From positions 1-35,120 of the IMG/VR virus record IMGVR_UViG_3300010376_000089: a DNA stretch of 35,120 nt; one strand, given 5' to 3'. Position 1 is the stretch's first letter; every line of letters starts with the position of its first letter. Shown here in pieces: positions 1-9,030 of the stretch. Origin of the DNA: a virus. Its lineage: Duplodnaviria; Caudoviricetes. The notes under the pieces are model-generated. The model searched no databases. It was not told where the DNA came from and was given only the letters and a program-made list of their open reading frames with translations. Both the position numbers and the translations under genes were made by a program.

Positions 1-261
1 ACGTAGCGTCAGCCCGATGTAGTCACCCGTGTTGATGCCCGCTGGGATGACCGCCTGGGCCCATTGATCGTTACGGAATGCTCCCGTCCGATAGTTGCCC
101 GACGTACCTGATTGCGAGCCAGCAAACTGGTTGGAGGTGACGTTCAGTGCTGCTGCTTGCGGAAGCCACCCTCCACCCGTCAGCACGCCGTTGGCTCGAG
201 AAGCATTATCGAATTGCGTGCTTCGATGCGCCAGCCGTGCGACTGTCGGCATCGGGCTCAT
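1..261 (-). CDS. Partial virion/fibre-associated protein (N-terminus only; runs off the window), paralogous to the repeat domains of 18089..19726
   Basis: ATG at 261 overlaps the TGA of 258..872 (ATGA) and the frame is open to position 1. Translation MSPMPTVARLAHRSTQFDNASRANGVLTGGGW...GNYRTGAFRNDQWAQAVI...YIGLTLR matches the DNFxRA...GW...R...NDQW/YS...GPxTR pattern in 18089..19726. Not in the ORF track. Confidence 0.7.
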   Translation of the reverse strand, partial: MSPMPTVARLAHRSTQFDNASRANGVLTGGGWLPQAAALNVTSNQFAGSQSGTSGNYRTGAFRNDQWAQAVIPAGINTGDYIGLTLR

Positions 262-872
262 GCGAGATCGCCGCTAAGCACCCACTCATTGGCAGCACGC
301 TGCCGGATGCCCAAGGTTGAATATTGGGCAGCGCTATTGACCTTGGAACCGTTGGATCGCAGCGTTACCCCTGAACCGGCAACGATCGTGATCGTGCCAG
401 CTCCGTACTGCAGAATCTCGATGACCGTGCCCAGCGGAAAGGCAACGGAGGAGTTGGGCGGAATCGTGAAGTTGACCGCCGTGGCGCTGGTACTCTCGAC
501 CACCGTATTGGCGTCGCCCAGCACGAAGGTGTAGCTCGAGGCCTGTGTAGAGGAAGCAGCGCGCTCGAGGTCTGTCAGCGTCTTGGCCGTGATCGCGGCC
601 ATGATCTGATCCGTAGCGATGATCGTCCGCGCTGTGCTTCCTTCCTGCGCTCTGACGATTGTGAAGGTGTCTGTAGCCCTACCGGTGACCCGGACGATTT
701 CCGCGTTGGCGGTGGTGGGCGTGGCCCCGGTGGCCCAGACGGTCGCGTTGAAGGGTGGTAACGGGAATAGCGCACCCTGTCCTGAGCCGACTGTCAAGCT
801 GGTCCCGGACGTGGCGGGAGAGGGCGCGGTGGCCACCGCACCGATAGCGAAGTTCGCATGTGCGTCTGGCAT
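258..872 (-). CDS. Putative virion fibre/decoration protein (conserved ~105-aa N-terminal anchor domain plus C-terminal beta domain ending EWVLSGDLA)
   Basis: Downstream of the capsid gene, Thr/Ala/Gly rich. The N-terminus aligns with the N-terminus of the collagen fibre at 13905. The C-terminus has a fibre-like TITIVAGSGVTL...WVLSGDL pattern. Confidence 0.65.
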   Translation of the reverse strand: MPDAHANFAIGAVATAPSPATSGTSLTVGSGQGALFPLPPFNATVWATGATPTTANAEIVRVTGRATDTFTIVRAQEGSTARTIIATDQIMAAITAKTLTDLERAASSTQASSYTFVLGDANTVVESTSATAVNFTIPPNSSVAFPLGTVIEILQYGAGTITIVAGSGVTLRSNGSKVNSAAQYSTLGIRQRAANEWVLSGDLA

Positions 873-901
873 GGCGTCCTCCCCCGGCTCGTCTCAGGTT
901 G

Positions 902-1246
902 TCAGCTCGATGGGCCCTTGGTTGGATCTCCGGGGGTACCGATCTCGGAGTTCGGACCGCGCATCGCAGCCTCAGCCTCACGGATTTGGTCGTGGACCAG
1001 CTGGCGCTCGGAGTTCTCAAACTCCTCACGGGCAGCCTGGGTAGCGGCAGCAGACTGTTCGACAGCCTCCTGCTGACGCTCCTCCTCTTCCTCCATGTAC
1101 TTCTTCGCGCGCTCAGCCTCAGCAGCTGCAGCGCCTCCGTTACCTGCCATCTTTGGTTCCTCCTGTGGCTCGTCTTGCGCTGGTTTGGCTGGGGCTGGTG
1201 GCGGTGAGCTCGGAGGCGGTGGTGCCGGTGTCGGCGAACCTTCCAT
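902..1246 (-). CDS. Hypothetical protein, Pro-rich N-terminus and acidic coiled coil
   Basis: ORF packed between neighbours, with AAGGAG upstream of the ATG. Confidence 0.6.
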   Translation of the reverse strand: MEGSPTPAPPPPSSPPPAPAKPAQDEPQEEPKMAGNGGAAAAEAERAKKYMEEEEERQQEAVEQSAAATQAAREEFENSERQLVHDQIREAEAAMRGPNSEIGTPGDPTKGPSS

Positions 1247-1249
1247 TCG

Positions 1250-1567
1250 TTACTCCTTAGTAGCTGTCGCCTTGGCTGTCGCCTTGGTGGGTTCTCTGGT
1301 GGCTGGCACCTCGGGGTCGTGGTGAACAGCCTTCTGCCTGTTGACTCGGGACCGCCCGGCGACTACACCGGGCTCAGCCGTCGCAGTTGCATCATCGACA
1401 TAGGACAGATCGTCCTCGATCGGGCGAAAGTGCTGCGGGTACGTCTTCGCCAGCTTGTGCGATGCGTGAATCCTCGTGATCATCTGCTGCACGACGAAGC
1501 GCTCTCCGTCGATTTCGCAGACAAATCCTTCGGTGGCCTCGAGGATCTGGTCGGGATTAGTGGGCAT
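1250..1567 (-). CDS. Hypothetical phage protein immediately downstream of the major capsid gene
   Basis: RBS GAGGAG upstream; typical post-capsid small ORF. Confidence 0.7.
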   Translation of the reverse strand: MPTNPDQILEATEGFVCEIDGERFVVQQMITRIHASHKLAKTYPQHFRPIEDDLSYVDDATATAEPGVVAGRSRVNRQKAVHHDPEVPATREPTKATAKATATKE

Positions 1568-1583
1568 GCGATCTCCTCTTGGA

Positions 1584-1617
1584 AAGATGGGCAGAGCGTT
1601 GTCGCCCTGCCCATCTT
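1584..1617 (-). terminator. Stem-loop after the major capsid gene (partial terminator or mRNA stabiliser)
   Basis: AAGATGGGCAG...CTGCCCATCTT 11-bp stem just after the capsid stop, with only a short T tail. Confidence 0.6.
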
Positions 1618-1628
1618 ACGTCCAGGAA

Positions 1629-3158
1629 TCAGGTCGTGACCAGAACCCTCCAAGCGGCTGGATCGACCACAACACCCGTGTTGCGCCAGTACGCAAACAG
1701 ACCACGCTGGCCGGTTGGGCGTCGATTGGAACCGAACAGGTGAGGAACGAACTCGACCTGCATGCCGATGCGATCGACAATCAGGTAGTAGTCCGGGTCG
1801 CCCAATGCCAGGATCTTCGACCCTGTGGTGAGCGTTGTCACCATGTCCGACACCTCGTTGGTCGGGTAGCCCAGCAGCAACTGACCCAGTGCTCCGCCTT
1901 CACCGAACGGGCGGTTCTCGAGGCCCTGAGCAAGCGGGCCACCGCTCGTCAGCGCGAAGCTCATCCACAGGTTCTGGTTGGCATTCGCGCCGAACTGACG
2001 GATCAGGTTGTAGACGTGGCGGTTCCCGAAGAACTGCCCCAGCGGACGGAAGCGCGGAGGAAGCGCTTCCTCGAGTGCGTACAGGTCACCAATGGCGAAC
2101 GCGGCTGAGCCTGCAGTACCCGTTGTGGTGGTGGCTCCGGTCAGAAGACCAGAGGGCTCGAACGAGCTGTGCCCGGCACCAAGCGTGAACTTGTTGCCCT
2201 CCAGCACGTCCTTGGCGTCGGTGATCAGACGGGCCAGATTGGCCTGCAACCCAGTCCAGTCCATCCCGATTTCGATCGAGTATGGGACGAACGTCTGCGC
2301 CCGCTCCACGAACACGTCCGGCTGTGCGATCGTGGGCGAGTTGTCCCCGGCCTCCGTACCTTCCTGCGCGTAGGAGGCAGTCACCGCGCCAGCCGTCAGG
2401 CCACGGTACTCGAGTCCGACGATGGTCTCGATTCGAGCCACCCGGCGCATCGGGTTGACCACACCGTTGGAGATCGGGATCAGCGTTGGGTCCAGCGTGA
2501 TCGGGATGGCATAGCCACCCGTCGAGCCGGTCGACTCTGCCAGCGCACGGGTCTCGTCGCTGGTCAGTGACTGGCCCATAGCGGTCTTCGAGAAGGCTCG
2601 CTTGTACAGCGGCGAACCTGCCCGCAGCATGTACATCGAGAGATCGCCTCGCGAGGTGTCAGCGGTCTCGAGCAGCGTGCGCAGGTGGTTCTGAATGAAC
2701 CCACGATCCATCCGTCCTGCCTGCACATCCGGGTGTGGGAAGACGAACTCATCGATCGCCCGCTTACAGCGATCACGAGCCTCGGCCAGCTGAGCATCCG
2801 GGGATGCGAAAGCCGACCGGATGGTCGTCATATCCCAGATGTCGTCCCGTGCGGTCTGGGACCGAGGTGAGGGGACGTGAAACGCGGCACCACTCTCGCG
2901 GTTGGCGTCCCGCTGCGAGAGCTCCATCAGCCAAGCGTCCCGCTTGGAGCCCTCGTCAACGGCCTCCTCGTTCTGAGTGTGCTCGGTTGAGAGCCGATTC
3001 CACTCATCCCGCTCTTCGTCAGAGAACTGGCGTCCCTGAGCCATCTGATTCATCTCAAGCAAACGAGCCTTGATCTCGTCATTGCGATGCTTGAGCTCCT
3101 CAATGGTCGGTGCCCCGCCTGCGATCGGCGGGAGCTTGCGACCCTTTACAGCCTCCAT
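1629..3158 (-). CDS. Major capsid protein, HK97 family, with long N-terminal delta (scaffold) domain
   Basis: Coiled-coil N-terminus, RAL...GGYAIP motif, EG in the E-loop, GD..YYLIVDRIG and C-terminal G.VVDP.A motifs; follows portal and protease. Confidence 0.95.
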   Translation of the reverse strand: MEAVKGRKLPPIAGGAPTIEELKHRNDEIKARLLEMNQMAQGRQFSDEERDEWNRLSTEHTQNEEAVDEGSKRDAWLMELSQRDANRESGAAFHVPSPRSQTARDDIWDMTTIRSAFASPDAQLAEARDRCKRAIDEFVFPHPDVQAGRMDRGFIQNHLRTLLETADTSRGDLSMYMLRAGSPLYKRAFSKTAMGQSLTSDETRALAESTGSTGGYAIPITLDPTLIPISNGVVNPMRRVARIETIVGLEYRGLTAGAVTASYAQEGTEAGDNSPTIAQPDVFVERAQTFVPYSIEIGMDWTGLQANLARLITDAKDVLEGNKFTLGAGHSSFEPSGLLTGATTTTGTAGSAAFAIGDLYALEEALPPRFRPLGQFFGNRHVYNLIRQFGANANQNLWMSFALTSGGPLAQGLENRPFGEGGALGQLLLGYPTNEVSDMVTTLTTGSKILALGDPDYYLIVDRIGMQVEFVPHLFGSNRRPTGQRGLFAYWRNTGVVVDPAAWRVLVTT

Positions 3159-4444
3159 CGTGGCTCCTTGTCGCTGTGGGTTGTGAGGAGCGCTGCACGC
3201 TTCTTGAGAGTGGCTCCCGGTGGCTTTGGGCCCCGGACCGGCGCTCGATCAGCGAGTGCGCTGGGTACTGGTGTTTGGATTGGAGATGAAGCTTTCGGTG
3301 TTTCCTCGGATTCCTCTTCGCGAGCCTTGTCCTCCTCAGACCCAGGCTCCTCGTAGAGCGTCTCAGCCGAGGGACTGCCATCGTCACCGTTGGTGTCGTA
3401 GCGGTTGTCGACGGCCTGAGCTTTGATAGCGGCATCAATCGCGTCATCGATTGAGTCGAGCGCGGAATCGACTGCGTCATCATCTGAGTCATCGTCTGAA
3501 TCCGGATCGGTGAGCTGCATACCCTTGATCCGGGCAAGCTGCGCCTTGAGGTCCTGCAACGACCAGAGGATTGAGCTGTCCACATTGGTGGGGTCGTTGC
3601 GGTCCTTGTCCTCCTCGGACCCCTCGGTGCGCTCTTCCTCTTTTGTGCCAACGTTGGCACCGTCTGTGAGCGTGTACGTCCCGGTTGTACCGTTGGTGCC
3701 GGTCTGCTGCTGCGAGAAAAACGGAACCATCAGGCGTGCTGAAGCAAAGCCGCTCTCCTGAAGCTCCTGTTCCTCGGAGATGGCACGGGCAAAGCGCGCT
3801 ACGGCTCCGGGATCTGAGCGCGCCATCAGGTTGAGCTCGAGCCCTACGAGGTCATCGTTGAGCGAGCGCAACCCGGCAGTGGCTCCGTCGTACTGGCCGA
3901 AGGTGACCGGTCCGAACTCCTTGACCTTGGCCTCACGGATTGTGGATTGTGGAATTCCTTCGGGGTTGTGCTCAGAGCGCTCTGGGCGCTGCTCGAAGTC
4001 CTCGGCCCGGATCTGGAATCGGAAGCTGGCCCCGAACAGACCCTCCTTGAGTCCTGGCATGAGGTCACGGTTGTAAGAGGTATCGAGCAGGCCCACCTCA
4101 TAGAAGGCTCCGGTCGAGTCCTCACCCAGTTCGCGGATCGGTCCCAGCGGCTTCATCCCCACGCTTGGGTCCTTGCCGTGATTGAGAAGAACTCGCATGT
4201 TCTTGCGGTTCTCCGAGAAGGTCTTGGTGAACGACCCGGGGGCCACACGCTCCATGAAGTGACCCTCGAGCGGCGAGTCGATCTCGGTCCAGCGGTTGAA
4301 CACGGCGAAGTGTCCAGCCAGTGTGCCGAGGTAGCCGTTCTCCGGCTTCTCGCGCAGCTCCCACTCGTGTTCGAGACTAGCCAGCGCTCGGTCGCGGTAG
4401 ACCGTGCTGGCCTGTTCACGCTTGTCCTGCTCAGAGGTGGCCAT
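3146..4444 (-). CDS. HK97-family prohead protease with long acidic C-terminal extension
   Basis: GHFAVFN, F.ERVAPGSF.KT, LLNH, GASFRF and EFGPVTF..Y motifs. Start chosen at MATSEQ (4444), after GAGG. Confidence 0.92.
   Translation of the reverse strand: MATSEQDKREQASTVYRDRALASLEHEWELREKPENGYLGTLAGHFAVFNRWTEIDSPLEGHFMERVAPGSFTKTFSENRKNMRVLLNHGKDPSVGMKPLGPIRELGEDSTGAFYEVGLLDTSYNRDLMPGLKEGLFGASFRFQIRAEDFEQRPERSEHNPEGIPQSTIREAKVKEFGPVTFGQYDGATAGLRSLNDDLVGLELNLMARSDPGAVARFARAISEEQELQESGFASARLMVPFFSQQQTGTNGTTGTYTLTDGANVGTKEEERTEGSEEDKDRNDPTNVDSSILWSLQDLKAQLARIKGMQLTDPDSDDDSDDDAVDSALDSIDDAIDAAIKAQAVDNRYDTNGDDGSPSAETLYEEPGSEEDKAREEESEETPKASSPIQTPVPSALADRAPVRGPKPPGATLKKRAALLTTHSDKEPRWRL
3645..3660. 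repeat. 16-bp perfect palindrome GTGCCAACGTTGGCAC, copy 1 (inside the protease linker)
   Basis: Identical copies at 10926, 13617, 28438 and 32634. Confidence 0.9.
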
Positions 4445-6032
4445 TCTCGCCTCGCTTATTGCTGTGATTGCCTCGCCGTGCCGCAATAAGCGCCTGCGCG
4501 AGTTGGGGAACATTACCTACGTTCTCGGTTATTGTCGCTGACCGTCTGCCTGCAGGCAAGACTCCCGACGCAGGCTGGGTGCCATTTGGCTTCCCATTGC
4601 CTTGACTCGGAGGTCCTTGACCAGGGGTGGGAGGAGGCGTCCCTGGCCCCGCTTCCCAGCCTGCGCCTACCGACGGCAGCAGCGTTGTGCTTGGTGCCTG
4701 CAGCTGTACGGAGTACAGCCCGGAGTGCTTGAGCAGTGAGTAATCATCTGCCTCGACTGCCTGGACCACACTGTCCGGCTCATACCCTGAATCAACGAGA
4801 AGGCGGATGGCAGTCGCTTTGGTGAGCTGCACATCCGCCTGGTCGGAAAGGTCTGCCTGGAGGAAGGAGATATCACGATCGTCGTACCAGAGCTCCGAAC
4901 CGCCTGGCACCTCCACCAGCGTGGCGAGCGAACCAGCGGCGTTACGCCAGAGCGGTCGGAGCAACTGGTCTGCGGCGGCTCTCCGGGCCTGGCCGTAGTT
5001 CGAGTAGGTCGAGGCCTCGAGTCCGGCCTGGAAGCCCATGATGATCGGAGGGAGCCCGGCCGCTGAGGCGATACGTGCCTCACCGTGGCTCTGGACCACA
5101 CGGTAGTCCAGGTCCTTGATGGTCGATCCGATCACCGTCGCAGTCGCACCGTGACCCAGGTACAACGTCTTGTACGCATTGAACGATCCCTCGTGCTCTG
5201 CACGGAAGGTGTTGACCCAGTCGGTGAAAGTCTTTCGGTCCTTGAAGTTGGTGTCCATCGAGACCACCAGGTTGGGCGTGGCCCCGTTCTCGAAGAACAT
5301 CAGCTTGTGAGTGGTCATCGAGCGATCGCCCATGATGTCTGCGAGCACCGGCTGCAGCCACGACATACCACGGAAGTGCGCCATCGGGTCCGGCACTACC
5401 GCGTAGTGACAAACCCTGTCGGGCTGGTAGAGCTTCGGTGGAATACCGGAGCCTGGACCACCCGGGGTGTAGAGGTAGCCGAGCTTGACGGCTGTGGGAT
5501 CGAATTGGTCGACCGTGTGATCCTCGAGTGAGCCGAGGATGATCGTCACCCAGTCTGGGCGCATCCGGCAGACGCGATAACCACTGGACATCGTCCTGTC
5601 CGGGACGGTCGTGGCATAGAAGTTGCCGGAGAGGCTGAGGTCAACCTCCATCCGGCAGAGTAGGTCTCCAGTGGTGGCGTTCTGCCACGGCTCCTCGAGA
5701 ACCCTGAGTGCCTTGGTGCCGTACAGATTGCCTGGTCGGCCGTTGTTGGAGCCACGAAACTGGAAGGTGGCTTCGCTGAACAGCAGCATCCGCATCAGCA
5801 CGCAGGCAAATACCGGACCGTTGGTCTTGTACGCACCGTTGATATAGCCAACGAAGTCCGACTGGATGGTCTCGGTCTTCTGCTGGTAGGTCTGAATCAG
5901 GGCGGGCCCGTAGCCAAGGCCCTGATAGCCGAACTGCCCCATCCACGCCGGTAGTTGATCCAACGTCAATAGCGGCCAGGGGCTCCCTGACCTTGATACT
6001 GACCGTCGTGCCCTCTGTACGAGATTCGACAC
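4431..6032 (-). CDS. Portal protein, HK97 family
   Basis: VFACV, LSLSGNFY, RPDWV, FRGMSWL, FFENGATP and IASAAGLPP...TYSN motifs; lies between TerL and the protease. Confidence 0.95.
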   Translation of the reverse strand: MSNLVQRARRSVSRSGSPWPLLTLDQLPAWMGQFGYQGLGYGPALIQTYQQKTETIQSDFVGYINGAYKTNGPVFACVLMRMLLFSEATFQFRGSNNGRPGNLYGTKALRVLEEPWQNATTGDLLCRMEVDLSLSGNFYATTVPDRTMSSGYRVCRMRPDWVTIILGSLEDHTVDQFDPTAVKLGYLYTPGGPGSGIPPKLYQPDRVCHYAVVPDPMAHFRGMSWLQPVLADIMGDRSMTTHKLMFFENGATPNLVVSMDTNFKDRKTFTDWVNTFRAEHEGSFNAYKTLYLGHGATATVIGSTIKDLDYRVVQSHGEARIASAAGLPPIIMGFQAGLEASTYSNYGQARRAAADQLLRPLWRNAAGSLATLVEVPGGSELWYDDRDISFLQADLSDQADVQLTKATAIRLLVDSGYEPDSVVQAVEADDYSLLKHSGLYSVQLQAPSTTLLPSVGAGWEAGPGTPPPTPGQGPPSQGNGKPNGTQPASGVLPAGRRSATITENVGNVPQLAQALIAARRGNHSNKRGENGHL

Positions 6033-6053
6033 TGGCTGATCGATCTACCGGGG

Positions 6054-6311
6054 CTACCCGCGCACTCTGGCGATGGTGGCTATCGGCTCCTCCGAGGTTT
6101 CATCAACGATATTGACTGCGTCGCCTTGTGGCAAGCGGTCGGGGATATCGATGGTCGATGCCCCGAACAGGATGCCCACGCCAGCAACGCAGAGCGCAGC
6201 AGGCCAGAAGATAAACCAGACGCCGGTCACGATCAGTCCCAGGCCCAGCAGGAACAGGATCGTGACGAGCAGCGCTCGAGCTAGCGAGCCTTGCGCTTGC
6301 CTTTGTTCCAT
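6054..6311 (-). CDS. Small two-TM membrane protein upstream of the portal
   Basis: Hydrophobic hairpin LLVTILFLLGLGLIVTGVWFIFWPAALCVAGV; typical position before HK97 portals. Confidence 0.75.
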   Translation of the reverse strand: MEQRQAQGSLARALLVTILFLLGLGLIVTGVWFIFWPAALCVAGVGILFGASTIDIPDRLPQGDAVNIVDETSEEPIATIARVRG

Positions 6312-6499
6312 TTTCGTGCGTTGAGCGCGAAGTTCGCTCGCTGTCGGGTCTTGGCGTTGGGAGACTTCTTCATTCGGTTGAGCTCAGCGACGGTTAGCTT
6401 GCGGCCTTTCTTGCCCAATCCGGCCGCCTTGCGCAACTTACCCTTGTTCGCCGGGTTTAGGGGTTTGATCGGTCGACTGCCCTTCCTGGCTCGAGCCAT
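6281..6499 (-). CDS. Small highly basic protein (MARARKGSRP...RQRANFALNARKW)
   Basis: GGAGG RBS before the ATG at 6499; Lys/Arg rich. Confidence 0.75.
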   Translation of the reverse strand: MARARKGSRPIKPLNPANKGKLRKAAGLGKKGRKLTVAELNRMKKSPNAKTRQRANFALNARKWNKGKRKAR

Positions 6500-6501
6500 C
6501 A

Positions 6502-6684
6502 CTACCTCCGTTTGGCCCCGGGCGCTCGCTTCGGTTGAGCGGCCTTCTGGGCCTTCGTTCCGTGAGTCCGCCACTTGTTAGCTGTGGCGTAGAAAACGCT
6601 CTTCCCCTTCTTTGAACCGTACCGCTTGCGCATCGAGCTCATGACCTTACGGCCGTGGCCTTTGTAGTAGCGAGAAACGGGAAT
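6502..6684 (-). CDS. Small basic protein with probable ATT start: (M)PVSRYYKGHGRKVMSSMRKRYGSKKGKSVFYATANKW...
   Basis: Not in the ORF track. ATT overlaps the endonuclease TAA (TAATT), GGAGG lies 8 nt upstream, and the first residues duplicate the endonuclease N-terminus MPVSRY. An alternative in-frame ATG gives 46 aa. Confidence 0.7.
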   Translation of the reverse strand: MPVSRYYKGHGRKVMSSMRKRYGSKKGKSVFYATANKWRTHGTKAQKAAQPKRAPGAKRR

Positions 6685-7154
6685 TAGACCGCCCTCCGCT
6701 TCCCGGATATCAGTCGACCAGCATAGGTTCGATCGATCCCGAACTCTGTCGCAAGCCCGCTAATAGCTTCGCCCTTGGCTGCACGTCTACGGATCTCCTG
6801 CACTTGAGCATCAGTGAGTCGAGTGTTCGGATGTGCAGTCGGAGCACTGGCCAGGAGATCCCTAATGGCTTCCCCGCGCCTCTGGCCCATGTACGGCAGC
6901 ATCCGCTTCGCCAGCGGCTCAGTATCACACCAGCGGCTCACAGTCCAACGCCATAGCGTCTTGTTCGTTCCACCGCTGCTGTAGACAGCTCCCACACCCA
7001 CTATTGCCTGGAAGCGTTGGATCACATCCAAGTCCGTAGTCGAGAGCGAGAGACCTCGATTCCGTCTACGGCCCCTGCCTCGATTGATGACTGTGCCCTC
7101 TCCCTCGAAGAGGCCGCAGGCCCAGGCGAAGTCTTCGTAGCGGCTGACGGGCAT
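6684..7154 (-). CDS. Free-standing LAGLIDADG-type homing endonuclease with C-terminal HTH
   Basis: AWACGLFEGEG helix, S.TDLDVI..F....GVG and W.W motifs, then RLTDAQVQEIR...LATEFGID HTH. Confidence 0.85.
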   Translation of the reverse strand: MPVSRYEDFAWACGLFEGEGTVINRGRGRRRNRGLSLSTTDLDVIQRFQAIVGVGAVYSSGGTNKTLWRWTVSRWCDTEPLAKRMLPYMGQRRGEAIRDLLASAPTAHPNTRLTDAQVQEIRRRAAKGEAISGLATEFGIDRTYAGRLISGKRRAV

Positions 7155-8602
7155 TAGCGCCAGGCCACCAGCGGCTCGCCCATGCCAGCGGAGCTGGCCG
7201 CATACTGGTTGACCATACCCGCAGCGGTCAGAGCATCGATCACACGCACGTTCTGGCGCTTCTTGGCGCGTGACTGAGATGGACGATCGAACCGCTTCTT
7301 GTCACCGGGCATTGATCTGACGATCGCGTTCATCACGTGGTTGCGTAGGCCACGGTCCCCGGTGTGCTTCAGCGTGCCGTTGCGCAACGCCTGCATGAAG
7401 GCATCGTAGTCCTCGATCGCGTTGGCGTTGCCCTGAGGCCTGTCGATGACCATGATGTCGAGCTCATCCTCGAGCCAAGCTGCAATGTCCTCAGCGCGCT
7501 CCATGTCCATCACCGCCGCATCGATCGTGTTGGACTCAACGATGTCGTAGAAGGCCTGCTTGACCTCATCCGGATGCATGGTCGACCCATCACGTGGTGG
7601 GATCAGGATCTGCGGAGCTCCTAGGAGCCGATACTCCGGTCCACGCCAGAGTGGGGCAATCGCGAAGGTATCGTGCTTCCAGGCAACATCCACACCCACG
7701 TCAATGTGCTCCCCTCCCGGAATGTGACCTGCGGCCTTTGCCTCTTCCCACTCGGCATCCGTGATGGCGGCGCGATTCGTACGCGAAGGAATGTTGCACA
7801 CCAGACGCTTCCAGTCGCCCAGATCCGTGGTTGGAGATTCGAACTCATCGGCAAGAGTGTCCTCGGTGATGATCGACAGCGGGTTGGCCTGCTTGACCTC
7901 ATCCATGCGGTCGATGTAACGAGGGTCCCGCACCTGCCACTCGTGCATCGTGATGTTGCGACCCATCGAGATGATGTGCGCACCCTCGGTGTGCTTGCGC
8001 TCTACTTTGGATCGGATCAAGTCTCGAGTTTCCTCGAACTCCGACCCCGGTTCGCCAGCGGTGGAGATCATCACGATCTGTCCACGGCGCTTGTTGAGCT
8101 TGCCCTTCCATAGCCGGTAGAGCGATAGATCTGGGTGACGGTGACCCTCGTCGAGGAGAGCGAGCGTGGGAATGACACCGTCACCCGTACTCGCGTCTGC
8201 GGCGTAAACCCTAATCCCTCGGCCACCGTTGCGCAAGGAAACGATCTTGCGGTAGCCCTCATAGACCCGAAAGCGTTTGATCATGCCTGGGCTGGCTCTG
8301 ACGATCTCAGCAGCCTGCATGAACATGATCTCGGCCTGGTCGCGTGAGGACGCACCGATAGGCACCCAGGGGCTGGGTGTGTAGTCAGCGTGGTAGAGAG
8401 CCATGATCGCCATCAAGGTGGTCTTGGCATTCCCTTGAGGAAGGAGAACCCACGTCTCCCGAACTCCCTCGAGGATGGGCTCGACTATCTCGAGCTGAAA
8501 CTCCTCGGGTTCCCAACACTCCCCGGTGTCGAGCACCAGGCGCGAACCGTACGCAACAAAGTGATCAAGGGTGAACGGTTCCGGCCTGGTGGCTACGACC
8601 AT
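7154..8602 (-). CDS. terL: Terminase large subunit
   Basis: Walker A-like PQGNAKTT, Walker B ALLDEGH, ISTAG, ANP, nuclease GVDVA...D and IDALTAA motifs. Confidence 0.95.
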   Translation of the reverse strand: MVVATRPEPFTLDHFVAYGSRLVLDTGECWEPEEFQLEIVEPILEGVRETWVLLPQGNAKTTLMAIMALYHADYTPSPWVPIGASSRDQAEIMFMQAAEIVRASPGMIKRFRVYEGYRKIVSLRNGGRGIRVYAADASTGDGVIPTLALLDEGHRHPDLSLYRLWKGKLNKRRGQIVMISTAGEPGSEFEETRDLIRSKVERKHTEGAHIISMGRNITMHEWQVRDPRYIDRMDEVKQANPLSIITEDTLADEFESPTTDLGDWKRLVCNIPSRTNRAAITDAEWEEAKAAGHIPGGEHIDVGVDVAWKHDTFAIAPLWRGPEYRLLGAPQILIPPRDGSTMHPDEVKQAFYDIVESNTIDAAVMDMERAEDIAAWLEDELDIMVIDRPQGNANAIEDYDAFMQALRNGTLKHTGDRGLRNHVMNAIVRSMPGDKKRFDRPSQSRAKKRQNVRVIDALTAAGMVNQYAASSAGMGEPLVAWR

Positions 8603-8628
8603 GCCAGAACTCTAGCCCTGCCTACAAG

Positions 8629-9030
8629 CTAGGAGCGCCTCTTAGCCCTCGCATGGTCCAGAGGCGAGACATTGTCCAGGTCAGCGAAGGGATCGCCTCC
8701 AGGGGCCGGAGATGGCCTCACAAGGCCTGTCTGGCGCTCGGGGCCAGCCACTGCGCCCTTGATCTCGAGCCAGGTGCGGGCGGCGGACACAGAGCCGTTG
8801 ATCGCAGCCTGGTAGAGCGCCTCCTGGACATGCTCGATTGCGTCGACCTCAGCGTCGGCCACCGAGGCCTCAAACGCCGGATGCGTCGCAATCCACTCTC
8901 TCACCTTGCGACGGCTGAGCCCTAGAGCTTCAGCAGCAGCCCCGCGCTGCATCCCGTTACGGATGTGCTCGAGGAAGATCTCCTGGTTGGCCGGGCCGAA
9001 GCCCTTGAGCGTCTCGGTGGCCATCGCCAC
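8629..9030 (-). CDS. terS: Terminase small subunit (HTH)
   Basis: AAAEALGLSRRKVREW HTH, ALYQAAINGSVSAARTWL; directly upstream of TerL. Confidence 0.8.
   Translation of the reverse strand: MAMATETLKGFGPANQEIFLEHIRNGMQRGAAAEALGLSRRKVREWIATHPAFEASVADAEVDAIEHVQEALYQAAINGSVSAARTWLEIKGAVAGPERQTGLVRPSPAPGGDPFADLDNVSPLDHARAKRRS

Noticed and set aside
3100-3660. ORFs starting MPTLA (3100..3660, 10926..11129, 32634..33146, and the extension of 27578 to 28453) as a protein family
   Set aside because: The shared peptide is just the translation of the DNA palindrome; real starts with an RBS lie elsewhere.
6684-7154. Intein or self-splicing intron in the terminase gene
   Set aside because: TerL is complete and stops before the endonuclease; no Cys/Ser...His-Asn intein ends and no room for an intron core.
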